Assembly: GCA_965216875.1 (NCBI GenBank)
Contig: OZ244207.1
Location: 2,112,001-2,176,000 of the forward strand
Source of the DNA: Rubripirellula sp.
GTDB taxonomy: Bacteria > Planctomycetota > Planctomycetia > Pirellulales > Pirellulaceae
Length of the DNA stretch: 64,000 nucleotides
Direction of reading: 5' to 3'
The position numbers were made by a program, and so were the translations under genes. This document shows, piece after piece, positions 38,517 through 48,420 of the stretch; position 1 is the first letter of the stretch; every line of letters begins with the position of its first letter. The notes under the pieces were generated by a model. It did not search any database. It was not told where the DNA came from and worked only from the letters and a program-made list of their open reading frames with translations.

Positions 38517-39212
38517 ATGAAACCGATTGTTCAGATATCGCTTGACTTGACCACCATCGATGAAGCGATCGAGACTGCCGAGCTGGCGATTCGAGCGGGC
38601 GTTGATTGGTTGGAAGCTGGCACACCGCTGATTTTGGCAGAAGGATTGCATGGTGTTCGGGCGCTTCGTCAGCGTTTTCCGGATGTGCCCATCGTCGCGG
38701 ATCTCAAGACGATGGACGGCGGGTACCTCGAAGCAGAGATGATGGCCAACGCCGGGGCGACGCACGTTGTGGTCATGGCTCGGGCTCACGAAGAAACGAT
38801 CAAGTGCGTCGTTCAAGCGGGCAAAGACCATGGCGTAAAAGTCATGGGCGACAACCTCGCTTATGACACGATGGTCGACGGTGCCAAACGTCTTGAAGAC
38901 CTTGGCTGCGACTTCATCGTGCATCACATCGGCTACGACGAACGTCGTGGCATCGCCGCCGCAGGGAATCGCATGCCGAGCCCCATGGACGATCTTGAGG
39001 CGGTTGTTGCCGCCGTTGAGATTCCGGTGCAAGCCGTCGGCGGTCTGTCGCTTGAACAGGCAATCGCGTGTCCTGCGCACGGGGCACCGTTGGTCGTGCT
39101 CGGCGCGCCGCTCACCATCGACGCCGATGCCTTCAAGACGGCTGATGGTGACTTGGAGAGTTCATTGCGAATGATCTGTGACAAAGTGCACGCGTATGGA
39201 GACTTGGGCTGA
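38517..39212 (+). CDS. 3-hexulose-6-phosphate synthase/KGPDC (OMP decarboxylase superfamily) protein
   Basis: QISLD, WLEAGTPLI, ADLKTMDGG, HHIGYD, AVGGL. Confidence 0.85.
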   Translation: MKPIVQISLDLTTIDEAIETAELAIRAGVDWLEAGTPLILAEGLHGVRALRQRFPDVPIVADLKTMDGGYLEAEMMANAGATHVVVMARAHEETIKCVVQAGKDHGVKVMGDNLAYDTMVDGAKRLEDLGCDFIVHHIGYDERRGIAAAGNRMPSPMDDLEAVVAAVEIPVQAVGGLSLEQAIACPAHGAPLVVLGAPLTIDADAFKTADGDLESSLRMICDKVHAYGDLG

Positions 39213-40246
39213 TGCCAACATCACCTGCTGTTGTCAACTTCGCACCCGAAGCGGGAAGCGTCGAAGTTCGAGAATTTGAGCGACCACAGATCGGCCAGGA
39301 CGACGTCCTCGTTGAGGTTGCAGCCGTTGGAGTCTGCGGCAGCGACCTTCATCAATGGACCGCTTCGCATAGCTGGCCAGTCAACTACCCCGTCGTGCTC
39401 GGGCATGAGTTTGCCGGGGTGGTGGTCGAGACCGGACGCAACGTGACCGCCTGGAAAGATGGCGATCGGATCGCAAGCGAAACGGCGGCAGTCATCGACC
39501 TCGATAATCCAATGTCGCGGCAGGGCCTCTACAACCTCGATCCAACACGCAAAGGCTTTGGCTACGGAGTGGACGGGGCGATGACCAACTACGCACGCGT
39601 CCCCGCGCGTTGTCTGCACCGAGTGCCCGAAAGTTTGTCGCTCGATCACGCCGCCTTAACCGAGCCCTGTTGTGTCGCCTACAACTCAGTGGTCGGAAAC
39701 TCCCGAATCAATCCGGGTGACCGGGTTTTGGTGATCGGTCCAGGAACGATCGGGATCCTTTGTGCCGCGATCGCTCGGTTGTCGGGCGGCGACGTCGCAA
39801 TCCTCGGTCTGGAATCGGACTCAGCCAGATTCGAAATCGCCAAGCAGTACTCTGTGACACCTCTCACGGACGCTCGCGATTGGGCAAGGCAGCGCGATGG
39901 TCTTGGTGCGGACGTGATCATTGATGCCGCCGGTGTTTCGGCAACATTGAAGTTGGCCCTCGAGCTTGTCCGCCCGGCGGGTTGGATCACCAAGGTCGGC
40001 TGGGGCCCCAAGCCACTTGATTTCTCCATTGACCCTCTCGTTCAAAAGAACGTCACGCTTCAGGGGAGTTTCAGTCACAACTGGCCGATGTGGGAACGTG
40101 TTCTTGCGCTGCTCGCCAGCGGGCAACTCGATGTCGATCCAATCATCGGCGGTCGTTGGTCGCTCGGAGAATGGAAGGATGCTTTCGAGAAGATGCACAC
40201 CGGGCAAATCGTGAAGTCGATCCTGAAACCTTCTCTAAATGCCTAG
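39212..40246 (+). CDS. zinc-binding (polyol/sugar) dehydrogenase
   Basis: GVCGSDLH, LGHE, EPCCV, GPGTIG; start overlaps the upstream stop. Confidence 0.9.
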   Translation: MPTSPAVVNFAPEAGSVEVREFERPQIGQDDVLVEVAAVGVCGSDLHQWTASHSWPVNYPVVLGHEFAGVVVETGRNVTAWKDGDRIASETAAVIDLDNPMSRQGLYNLDPTRKGFGYGVDGAMTNYARVPARCLHRVPESLSLDHAALTEPCCVAYNSVVGNSRINPGDRVLVIGPGTIGILCAAIARLSGGDVAILGLESDSARFEIAKQYSVTPLTDARDWARQRDGLGADVIIDAAGVSATLKLALELVRPAGWITKVGWGPKPLDFSIDPLVQKNVTLQGSFSHNWPMWERVLALLASGQLDVDPIIGGRWSLGEWKDAFEKMHTGQIVKSILKPSLNA

Positions 40247-40261
40247 CACCGGAACGGGCTG

Positions 40262-41149
40262 ATGCCGAAGCTTGCAACTTTTCCGAAACTGTTCATGCAT
40301 CAGCTGTGCAAAGATGGAACGATGAGCCTTGCGCAGTGGGTCGAGATGGCGAAGGACTTGCCGATCGACGGCTTGGAGTGGTACGCCGGGTTTTTGGAAA
40401 TGCAGGATCGCACGCAATGGGCGTCGATACGGAGCCTTGTCGAGCAACATGGCTTGGTGATCCCGATGATGTGCTGCTCTCCCGACTTTACTCACCCCGA
40501 TCCTGAGTTTCGCGCCGAGCAGATTGAGAAGGAAAAGGTCTGGATCGAAATGACGTCTGAGTTAGGTGGCAGTTACTGTCGCGTTCTTTCGGGCCAGCGA
40601 CGCCCCGAGTTGTCACGCGAGGAAGGTGTACGATTAGCCGCCGAATGTATTGACGCCTGCGCACCGTTTGCCGCCGAACGCGGCGTGACCCTCATCCTCG
40701 AGAATCATTACAAAGATGATTTCTGGGCCTATCCCGAATTCGCTCAAATGTCCGATGTCTTTTGCGACCTCGTTCACGCTGTGAAGGCGGATAACTTTGG
40801 CGTCAACTACGATCCCAGCAACACAATCCTTGCGGGAGAGGACCCACTCGATCTTCTACGCCGAGTCGCCGATCGCGTTGTGACGATGCATGCCAGCGAC
40901 CGTTTTCTGCTCGAAGGCACCATCGAGGACTTACGCAACGAAGAAGGCGGGGTCGAGGGCTACGCGAAACGTCTCAGTCATGGCGAAGTCGGAAAGGGGC
41001 TAAACGACTTTGACGCGATCTTCTCGATCCTTCGCGATGCAGGCTTCGGCAACAACTGGGTGAGTATCGAGGACGGTGTCGACGGCATGGACCAGATGGC
41101 ACGAAGCGCCGAGTTCCTCGTCAAGAAATTCGCCGAGTATTGGCCATAG
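40262..41149 (+). CDS. sugar phosphate isomerase/epimerase (xylose-isomerase-like TIM barrel)
   Basis: LENH, NYDPSN, MHASD, G.G..DF, SIED motifs. Confidence 0.85.
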   Translation: MPKLATFPKLFMHQLCKDGTMSLAQWVEMAKDLPIDGLEWYAGFLEMQDRTQWASIRSLVEQHGLVIPMMCCSPDFTHPDPEFRAEQIEKEKVWIEMTSELGGSYCRVLSGQRRPELSREEGVRLAAECIDACAPFAAERGVTLILENHYKDDFWAYPEFAQMSDVFCDLVHAVKADNFGVNYDPSNTILAGEDPLDLLRRVADRVVTMHASDRFLLEGTIEDLRNEEGGVEGYAKRLSHGEVGKGLNDFDAIFSILRDAGFGNNWVSIEDGVDGMDQMARSAEFLVKKFAEYWP

Positions 41150-41163
41150 CTCCCTGTCACATC

Positions 41164-41546
41164 CGAACACTCATCAACAAAATTCGTCTTCCGGGATCAG
41201 TGTTCGATTAGCGAAGATCAGTGTTCCAGAATGACAGCTGCTGGATCCACCGTCCGTTGTAGTGATCAAGGTTCGAAAAGAAGGCTGTTGATGTGTGTGG
41301 AAAGGGAGAACCACTGATCGAACACTAATCAACAGACCTTACCTTCGTGGATCAGTGTTCAATTAGTGAGAATCAGTGTTCCAATATGACCGACGCCGGA
41401 GCTAGGGTCGGTTGAAGTGGTCGAGGATCAAGAAGCAAGGTCTAGAAGCATGTAGAGCGTGTGAACCACTGATCTTCACTCATCGAATACTCATCAACAA
41501 AACCTGTCTTCCTAGATCAGTGTTCGATCAGTGTAGTTGAGTGCTC
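41164..41546. repeat. tandem array of about 2.5 diverged palindromic units (periods 155 and 165 nt)
   Basis: CGAA(C/T)ACT(C/A)ATCAACA at 41164, 41319 and 41484, each followed by GATCAGTGTTC; intervening segments are homologous. Confidence 0.85.
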
Positions 41547-41598
41547 AAATACTCGATTCACTCACTGACTGTCGGAAGTTCGAATTCGATTCGATGTG

Positions 41599-41979
41599 CT
41601 ATTCGAACCGATCGCGCCAGTTCGGATCGTATTCTTGGCCTGGTTCTTCTTGCTTTGAAACGACATCCCAGTCCCAGAGGCAGTAAACGAACCCGAGCGA
41701 CATCAATAGTCGGAGCAGGTTGTGCCAAGCAAATTGTTGGCTCATCATGACGAGTATCATGAGGGCGGAACCTAATGCGTAGAACGCAAAAGCGGACCAG
41801 CGAGCCCATTCGTATTTGAGCCAGAGCCCGATGCCAATGGGTAAGAAGAGCGGACAGACGTAGGTGGTGTACCAAGAATCGCCACCGGTGTAGAGAAAGA
41901 TCCCACCTGCGGCGACGCACAGGATCGATAGAAACGTGATGCCACCACCAGGAGGACGCAGGTCAAACAAACGCGACAT
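41599..41979 (-). CDS. small integral membrane protein
   Basis: About four TM segments; start MSRLFDL. Confidence 0.65.
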   Translation of the reverse strand: MSRLFDLRPPGGGITFLSILCVAAGGIFLYTGGDSWYTTYVCPLFLPIGIGLWLKYEWARWSAFAFYALGSALMILVMMSQQFAWHNLLRLLMSLGFVYCLWDWDVVSKQEEPGQEYDPNWRDRFE

Positions 41980-42031
41980 GGTGCAAAAGGAATCCCTGAC
42001 TATGTTTTGAACCGCCTTGGGATCAGGGCGG

Positions 42032-43249
42032 TCAAGCGACTTCAAAGTCTTTCATCGAAACGGATTGCATCATATCGCGTTGTAGACGCATGTGTGCATC
42101 GGCAGGTGAGAAGGCTTCCGAGATTTCGAGGTTCGATTCGGAAACGGCAACCGTTTCGGCATCAGGTGCACCATCAAGTCGAAGAATCGGCGCCGTGTAG
42201 TGCACGGTATCGCGACGCACCACCTGAGCCGACTCGCCCGATGATAGTTTGACATGCGTCCCAATCGGGAACATTGAGAGTTGACTCAGAAAGGCGCGCA
42301 TGACTGTTGAATCAAATCCTTCACGCTGACCTGACATCAACATAAAGGTGATCGCGTCGTGCGGCAGCACCGGTGGACGCCCGGGCCCCGGATGGATCAA
42401 CGTCAAATAGGCGTCGACAACGCGCACAATTTTTCCCAACGGATGAAGCGCGTGACCAGGCAGCCCTCGCGGAAACCCAGTGCCGTCCGGTTTCTCGTGG
42501 ACCTGGCTTGAGATCAAGCGGACTTCATCCGAGACCGAACAATCCGCAAGCACTTTGTCGATGAGCAAGGGGTGACGCCGGTACTCCCACTTCTCATTTT
42601 CTTCGAGCGTCGATGTGGGGTCTTGCAGCCGCTGCGGTAACAGGAACTGCCCGAGGTCGTGTAGCATCGCAGCTTGGCCGACCAAGTCGATCTCTCGATC
42701 AGTGTGTTCTAACTCGATGGCTGTATTGATGGACAGCACTGCCATTTGCGCACAGCGCCGCGCGAGATCGTTGGTCGACGCGTCAGCGTGAAGATTCACC
42801 ACCATCTGATCGCTATCTTCAACGATCATTTGTGCGATCTCATTAGGAATCGCACACAGCTTCGGCATCGACGCGCCTGTGAGCGACTTCAACGACTTGC
42901 CGACGGCGGTCAACAGGTTTGCGATCTTATCCGACTTGGCCGCAAAACGTTTCGAGCGCTCTTGTGAAAGTGGTTCGCTGCGACGATCGACACGGCGTTC
43001 AAAAAGCGTTTGAGGTTTCTGAGGCGTCTTTGCCTTAAGCTCGACCGTGATTCCGAGTTCATCGACGTCACTTTGACTGACATAGACGTGCGTGAATCCG
43101 CGGCGAACGATCTGTTCGCGAATACTGTCTGAAAACGCCTGGCCGCCGCCGAGCAACAGCAGCCCATCTTCGCTGCGAATGTCCGAGCTACATAGAAACC
43201 CAGAATGGATCGCATCAACGGCGATCTTGACGTGTTTCTCTTGTTGCAT
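42032..43249 (-). CDS. HD-GYP-like protein, degenerate
   Basis: LHDLG, QVHEKPDGTGFPRG, VVDAYLTL, FPIGTHVKLSSGE C-terminal motif. Confidence 0.8.
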   Translation of the reverse strand: MQQEKHVKIAVDAIHSGFLCSSDIRSEDGLLLLGGGQAFSDSIREQIVRRGFTHVYVSQSDVDELGITVELKAKTPQKPQTLFERRVDRRSEPLSQERSKRFAAKSDKIANLLTAVGKSLKSLTGASMPKLCAIPNEIAQMIVEDSDQMVVNLHADASTNDLARRCAQMAVLSINTAIELEHTDREIDLVGQAAMLHDLGQFLLPQRLQDPTSTLEENEKWEYRRHPLLIDKVLADCSVSDEVRLISSQVHEKPDGTGFPRGLPGHALHPLGKIVRVVDAYLTLIHPGPGRPPVLPHDAITFMLMSGQREGFDSTVMRAFLSQLSMFPIGTHVKLSSGESAQVVRRDTVHYTAPILRLDGAPDAETVAVSESNLEISEAFSPADAHMRLQRDMMQSVSMKDFEVA

Positions 43250-43767
43250 TGCCCCTTGCCCCGTTTGCTGGGTCTTCTGCCCTCAGATGCAACGCAACCT
43301 GCCCGGTCCAGCGATGCATCATTCCGAAGATTGACACCCATCACGCTGTTCCTTGGTGCATTCAGCCCCCCAAGCACCAGGAACTCCCCCTCATGTGGAG
43401 GCAGCCAATCCTTCCATGTGGCAGAGTATGGGTCAAGCGGAACTACGTAGAACCCCCGCTCAGTTGCGGCGAGCCGAAGGAGAACTTTGCGGACGGTACG
43501 GACTATCCGGGAGTCTTGGCGTCAGTAGAACGAGGGGCAGCAGACGGCATAATCGGTACATGACGTCTTTGCTCGGACCGATTTTTCCTGGCGTCGCGCG
43601 TGAATCTCGCATCCGGCGAGCGCAGGAGTCCACCGGCGCGCTTGCCAAAGCGGGACAAAGCCAGCATTCTCTCCTCTCACCACATGACGGCCCGGATTTC
43701 CGGATAATAGAAAGCGTCGATGCGCTAACCGCGGCGCTGTTCCTAGCTGATGATGTGAATCCCCGCG

Positions 43768-44493
43768 ATGTTCCCGCGAGACCGACAACCTGAATTGATG
43801 GATGACCCGGCATTGCCGGAGGATCAGCATCGACACGCGCTTTCGGGATTGGCGCGACTGAATCGCTTTAGTGGAGTGGCCAGTGCAATGTACAGCCGCT
43901 TGGCTCAGTACTTCGACACCCAAAATGGGTGCCTTCGCCTTCTTGACGTTGCCTGTGGTTCAGGTGATCTGCCGATCGCCTGGGCAAAACGGGCCAAGCG
44001 CGAGGGAGTCCCCCTGCAAATCACGACGGTCGATATCAGCGAGCTGGCCGCGGAGGAGCAACGACGTCGCGCGGCCGATGCGGGTGTTGAAATTGAGACG
44101 TTAGTGCTGGACTGTTTGCACCAGCCGCTTCCAACCGGTTTTGACGTCGTCACCTGCTCACTCTTCATGCACCATCTCGAGCCCCGCGACGTGACTCGTT
44201 TGCTGCAGTCGATGCAGGCTGCGACCGAAGGTGCCCTGTTGGTGTGTGACCTCGACCGCGCGATGCATAATCTGGCGATGGTCACGGTCGCAAGCCGGCT
44301 ACTTACCCGGTCGCGTGTCGTCCATGTTGATGCCGCTCGCAGCATCCGGGCAGCGTACACGCGGAGCGAGTTCAAACAAATTGCCGAGGACGCGCTGCTG
44401 CGTCCCGTCAAGGTCCAGCGACTCTTCCCCTGCAGATTCATAGCGTCCGTTGATGACAGGACGGTGCCGCTAGTCAGTCCTGCGTTCGCCTGA
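43768..44493 (+). CDS. class I SAM-dependent methyltransferase
   Basis: ELMDDP N-terminus, LDVACGSGD, FDVVTCSLFMHH, DAARSIRAAY. Confidence 0.88.
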   Translation: MFPRDRQPELMDDPALPEDQHRHALSGLARLNRFSGVASAMYSRLAQYFDTQNGCLRLLDVACGSGDLPIAWAKRAKREGVPLQITTVDISELAAEEQRRRAADAGVEIETLVLDCLHQPLPTGFDVVTCSLFMHHLEPRDVTRLLQSMQAATEGALLVCDLDRAMHNLAMVTVASRLLTRSRVVHVDAARSIRAAYTRSEFKQIAEDALLRPVKVQRLFPCRFIASVDDRTVPLVSPAFA

Positions 44494-44678
44494 ACCACGT
44501 GGGACACCGCTATCCACCAATGGGAATCGATCGAGCCCCATGAAGTGCATGCCGGGTGCGTCAAATTGCCCGATCCAGCTAGTCAGTTTGGCTGCCATGC
44601 GGTCTACTTGTTCTTCCAACTCGGTGCGCGAACCAACATCGCGATGACTGAACGCCTTCATGCAACTTAAGACCAACA

Positions 44679-45896
44679 GTGAAAAACCCATTGGCCGAAA
44701 ACACACATAAAGAGAGCTCGCCGGCTGACCTGGAAGTGAAAGACGCGCAGCTGATTTTCAATTCGGTATGGAAACAACTGCTGCGCGAGTATGGCAAAGA
44801 GAAGCTCCGCTTCCCGAAGGAGCTGATCTTGTTGGGCGGTGCACCCGGCGCCGGTAAGGGCACCAACACGGACTTCATCCGCAAGGTGCGTGACATCGCC
44901 GCCCCGCCAATCATTGTGAGCGAGTTGCTGAGCACGCCCGAGGCGCAAAAGATCAAGGCCGAAGGCGGGATGGTAGGCGACCGTGAAGTGGTCAGTATCA
45001 TCTTCCGCAAACTGCTCGAACCTCAGCACCAAGGCGGGGCGATCCTCGACGGGTTTCCACGGACCACCGTCCAGGTCGAATGCTTGAAGATGCTGTTTGA
45101 TCAGATGAATGCCCTCAGGCGTGAGTTCAAGAACTCGCCCGACTTGGTTCATTTCAAACAACCGATCTTCCACATCATGGTGTTGTTTGTCGACGAGGCC
45201 GAGAGTATCGCTCGTCAACTCAAACGTGGCCGTCAAGTGATCGCCCACAATGAAGAGGTCAATCGCTCTGGTATCGGCGAGTTGTGGGAGGAACGACCGA
45301 CCGACTTCAACGAGTCGCTGGCGCGGAACCGGTACCGCGTCTTTAAAGAACGGACCTACGATGCTTTGGTGTCGCTGAAGCAGATCTTCCACTTTCACTT
45401 CATCAACGCTCAGGCTCCGCTGCAGCAGGTCCAAGAGAATATCCTGGACGAACTTGAGTACCAAAGTTCGTTGGAGCTTGATCCAAGAACGTACAACACC
45501 CTGCACACGATTCCTGTTGCCAGCGACATCGTCTCGCACGCACGTCGTGAACTCGTGAGTCGCTTGGACGAGTACGAGATCGAGCACACCGAATTGTTTC
45601 ACCGCGTCGTGGACTACATTGAATGCAAGATCATGCCGGTTGTGGTGCGACACGCGATCTCAGGTCACGCCAACTTCAATTCGGAACACCCGCTCCTGCG
45701 GGAAGACCTCGCCTTGCCGATGTTGATCGATGTCTTTTCCGAGCGCGGCTACCACGCGACGGTCGACATTCGCAAGCACAATGTTCCGGAACGTTTTGAC
45801 TTGCAAACCGGCGAGATCATCTACAGCAAGAAGAAGGTGTATCGGATCACGATTCGCTTCAAGGGATCCGAGATTCGCCGCGGCCGCGATACCTAG
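44679..45896 (+). CDS. adenylate/nucleoside-monophosphate kinase-like protein with long C-terminal extension
   Basis: LGGAPGAGKGT P-loop, GGMVGD, LDGFPRT; 405 aa. Confidence 0.82.
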   Translation: MKNPLAENTHKESSPADLEVKDAQLIFNSVWKQLLREYGKEKLRFPKELILLGGAPGAGKGTNTDFIRKVRDIAAPPIIVSELLSTPEAQKIKAEGGMVGDREVVSIIFRKLLEPQHQGGAILDGFPRTTVQVECLKMLFDQMNALRREFKNSPDLVHFKQPIFHIMVLFVDEAESIARQLKRGRQVIAHNEEVNRSGIGELWEERPTDFNESLARNRYRVFKERTYDALVSLKQIFHFHFINAQAPLQQVQENILDELEYQSSLELDPRTYNTLHTIPVASDIVSHARRELVSRLDEYEIEHTELFHRVVDYIECKIMPVVVRHAISGHANFNSEHPLLREDLALPMLIDVFSERGYHATVDIRKHNVPERFDLQTGEIIYSKKKVYRITIRFKGSEIRRGRDT

Positions 45897-46149
45897 TGCC
45901 ATTGTCGCCTTTCGCTCATGACTCATCAGCCGCACGGCGATAGCCCGAGGTTTCTAAATAGTCGCTGCCACGAGAAAACCACACGCTGTCGCGTTGCGGC
46001 TGATCGTCGTGCCCGCACGCTCCCGCAACCGAACCAAACGTGGGGCCTTCAAGTTTCCCCGGTTCACAACTGAACACTTGCCGCTAGAATCACGCCCTTC
46101 CTCTGAAGCGACCAAACAATCAACTCTGCCACAACAAGGTAATCTCAAC

Positions 46150-46566
46150 ATGTCGGAATCTGTGCTGGAAGGAATCGAAGTCGTTGCTCCCCAAGACAAC
46201 CTCGATGAAGACGGTTTTGTCAGCCTTTGGAGCATCGCTGCGTCGTCGTCCGGCGGCGTCGAGGAGCAGACACGAGCATTGGCAGCACAGTTCCTAGGGT
46301 TCCTTTGCAAGCATAAATGCGACTTTGTTGTGGTCAGCACAACCGATGCTCAATACCTGGATGAGTGGTTCGAACGCGACAACAAGCTGCTTTACAACTG
46401 GAAATTCGACAGCGAAACGGTTGACGTTCTCAGCCAACACGCCGAAGTTCCTTACGAAGCATTCAAGATGTTCTTGGGCAACTACAAGTTCAACACGGCA
46501 GGCAAATACAGCCCCAAGCGCGCCGATCGCGTTGAATGGTTCACCGACATGTGGTCAGTCGGCTAG
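46150..46566 (+). CDS. hypothetical protein
   Basis: 138-aa acidic/aromatic ORF from the ATG at 46150 with AAGG upstream. Confidence 0.7.
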   Translation: MSESVLEGIEVVAPQDNLDEDGFVSLWSIAASSSGGVEEQTRALAAQFLGFLCKHKCDFVVVSTTDAQYLDEWFERDNKLLYNWKFDSETVDVLSQHAEVPYEAFKMFLGNYKFNTAGKYSPKRADRVEWFTDMWSVG

Positions 46567-46571
46567 TGCCA

Positions 46572-47231
46572 TCACACGGGCAAGACAATCGGGTATCCGG
46601 TTTCGCCCACAGCCTTCACGATTTCATTGATCGGCGATGTCGGATTGAGTTTCGACATCGCCTTTTTCGTGAGTGGCTCACCATCGAAAACCGATTCGAC
46701 GACTTCGACAGCAATTTCGGTCTCGTAGTTGTCAGCGAGCCAATCGGAGAACTGCTTCGCCGAGTAGGTGATCGGCTCCAACAAGTCCTGTGATCCGTCA
46801 CCGTAGTCGTTCTCAGGCAGCTCATACACTCCCCTAGACCACGCCTTGTCGGTGACGAGTCGCCAAAGCGCGAAGGTCGTCGCCTCAGTTTCAAAGGCTG
46901 GCTCTTTGAGTGACGAGTTGAATTCCTTGGGGACGCTATCGAGCACGCCAGGATAGACCTGGCGATCTGCGCGAGCGTAGGGCGACATGCTTGATTCATG
47001 TGCGAATCCCTTGATGAAACATCCCCGTGTCGTGAAATGCATGAAGACGACGTCGCCACAACCGTTGTCGTATACGGCCATCTGCTGCTTCTTTCTCCAG
47101 TTCGGGTCGTATCCGAACTCCGACTCGCCATACTCGATCGACAGGACTGCGGTGATGGCAGCCAACCGCTGCATATGAGTCTTGAGCGATTCGATGTCGG
47201 GCATTGTTGAAAGATCGGATGTCGACAGCAA
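46572..47231 (-). CDS. hypothetical protein
   Basis: DNGCGD, IKGFAHESSMSP, DGSQDLL motifs; directly follows the serine hydrolase. Start TTG 47231 or ATG 47204. Confidence 0.75.
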   Translation of the reverse strand: MLSTSDLSTMPDIESLKTHMQRLAAITAVLSIEYGESEFGYDPNWRKKQQMAVYDNGCGDVVFMHFTTRGCFIKGFAHESSMSPYARADRQVYPGVLDSVPKEFNSSLKEPAFETEATTFALWRLVTDKAWSRGVYELPENDYGDGSQDLLEPITYSAKQFSDWLADNYETEIAVEVVESVFDGEPLTKKAMSKLNPTSPINEIVKAVGETGYPIVLPV

Positions 47232-47235
47232 CGCA

Positions 47236-48420
47236 TCACTCCTTGGGTTTCGTGTCGCCTTGAGCAACCTCGGGGACTTGGTCACCAACCAACGTGATGA
47301 TCTTTCCCGCCAACGTATTGACGCTGCCCTTGCCGTCGGGGTGCAGCCGATTGCTCAGGAAGACAAAGATCAGGTCCTTGCCAGGATCGATCCACATCAC
47401 CGTACCCGTGAACCCTCCGTGTCCGAACGCATGATCTGAAAGCGATTCGCCGCGGTTTCGAGAATAGGGTGATCGGTGATCCCAACCGAGAGCACGGGTG
47501 CCTCGTGGAACCTTGTGAGGCTTGGTCATCGTGGCAAAGGTCTCGGAAGTGAACATCGCCTTAGGGGTGGAATGCACACTGGCCAACATCGCTTGCCCGT
47601 ACCGCACCAGGTCGCTTGGGGTCGAAAACAAACCAGCATGCCCCGCGACACCATCAAGTCGGTAGGCGCGCGGGTCGTGGACTTCGCCGACCATCCATTT
47701 GCCGTCTCGCTGCTCCGTTGGTGCGGCGCGATCGCGAAGTTTGGGTCCTGGTTTGTAACCCGTTTCGCGCATTCCAGCGGGAACAAAGATCTGTTCCTTT
47801 GCGAACACGTCGAGAGGTTTTCCAGAGACTCTCTCGACCAACTTGCCGAGCACGATGAAGCCGACATCGGTGTAGGCAAACTTCTCGCCGATCGGGGCGA
47901 TCAGTTTTAGGTCGCAGATGCGCTGCCACGCCAACTCGGGACCCTCGTTGTAGTCGCGCAAATGGTTGTCGGGGATCAGGCCGCCAACATGCAACAGTAG
48001 GTCACGAACGGTGATCTGATCCTTGCCATTGGATTCAAACTCGGGAAGGTAATGACTGACGCGCTCGTCAAGATCGACCGCACCCGACTCGACCAATTTC
48101 ATCACCGACGTCGCCGTTGAGATCGGCTTGGTCAACGAGGCGAGGTCAAAGAGAGTGTCGAGCGTCATCGCCGCTTCGGTTGGCTCCAAACGCTTGTCAC
48201 CGTAGGCCTGCGCGAAGATCACTTGCTTGGAATCTGCGATCACCACCACCGCCCCTGGAAGATCCCCCTCCCGGATGCTGTTTTCGACCAAGTTGGCCAC
48301 ATTGCCCGCATAGGTCAGCTCACCGCCGGTGGGTACAAGATCGTCACCCATGGCGGCGATGCAAGCAAACACAGCGACGGCGAAACAACCAAACGGTCGA
48401 GCAAGTTCGGCAATGGTCAT
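47236..48420 (-). CDS. exported serine hydrolase (beta-lactamase class C/PBP-like)
   Basis: Signal peptide, FDLASLTK (SxxK), YTD, GHAGLFS, GHGGFTG. Confidence 0.9.
   Translation of the reverse strand: MTIAELARPFGCFAVAVFACIAAMGDDLVPTGGELTYAGNVANLVENSIREGDLPGAVVVIADSKQVIFAQAYGDKRLEPTEAAMTLDTLFDLASLTKPISTATSVMKLVESGAVDLDERVSHYLPEFESNGKDQITVRDLLLHVGGLIPDNHLRDYNEGPELAWQRICDLKLIAPIGEKFAYTDVGFIVLGKLVERVSGKPLDVFAKEQIFVPAGMRETGYKPGPKLRDRAAPTEQRDGKWMVGEVHDPRAYRLDGVAGHAGLFSTPSDLVRYGQAMLASVHSTPKAMFTSETFATMTKPHKVPRGTRALGWDHRSPYSRNRGESLSDHAFGHGGFTGTVMWIDPGKDLIFVFLSNRLHPDGKGSVNTLAGKIITLVGDQVPEVAQGDTKPKE

Noticed and set aside
41164..41546. Possible CRISPR array
   Set aside because: Intervening segments are long and homologous to each other, and the repeats are degenerate.
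24000..42000. Prophage or integrative element
   Set aside because: No integrase, transposase, tRNA attachment site or phage structural gene seen.
43249..43923. ORFs or an ncRNA between the degenerate HD-GYP gene and the methyltransferase
   Set aside because: Only one modest hairpin; no tRNA, SRP, tmRNA or 6S hallmark recognised; the ORFs look non-coding.
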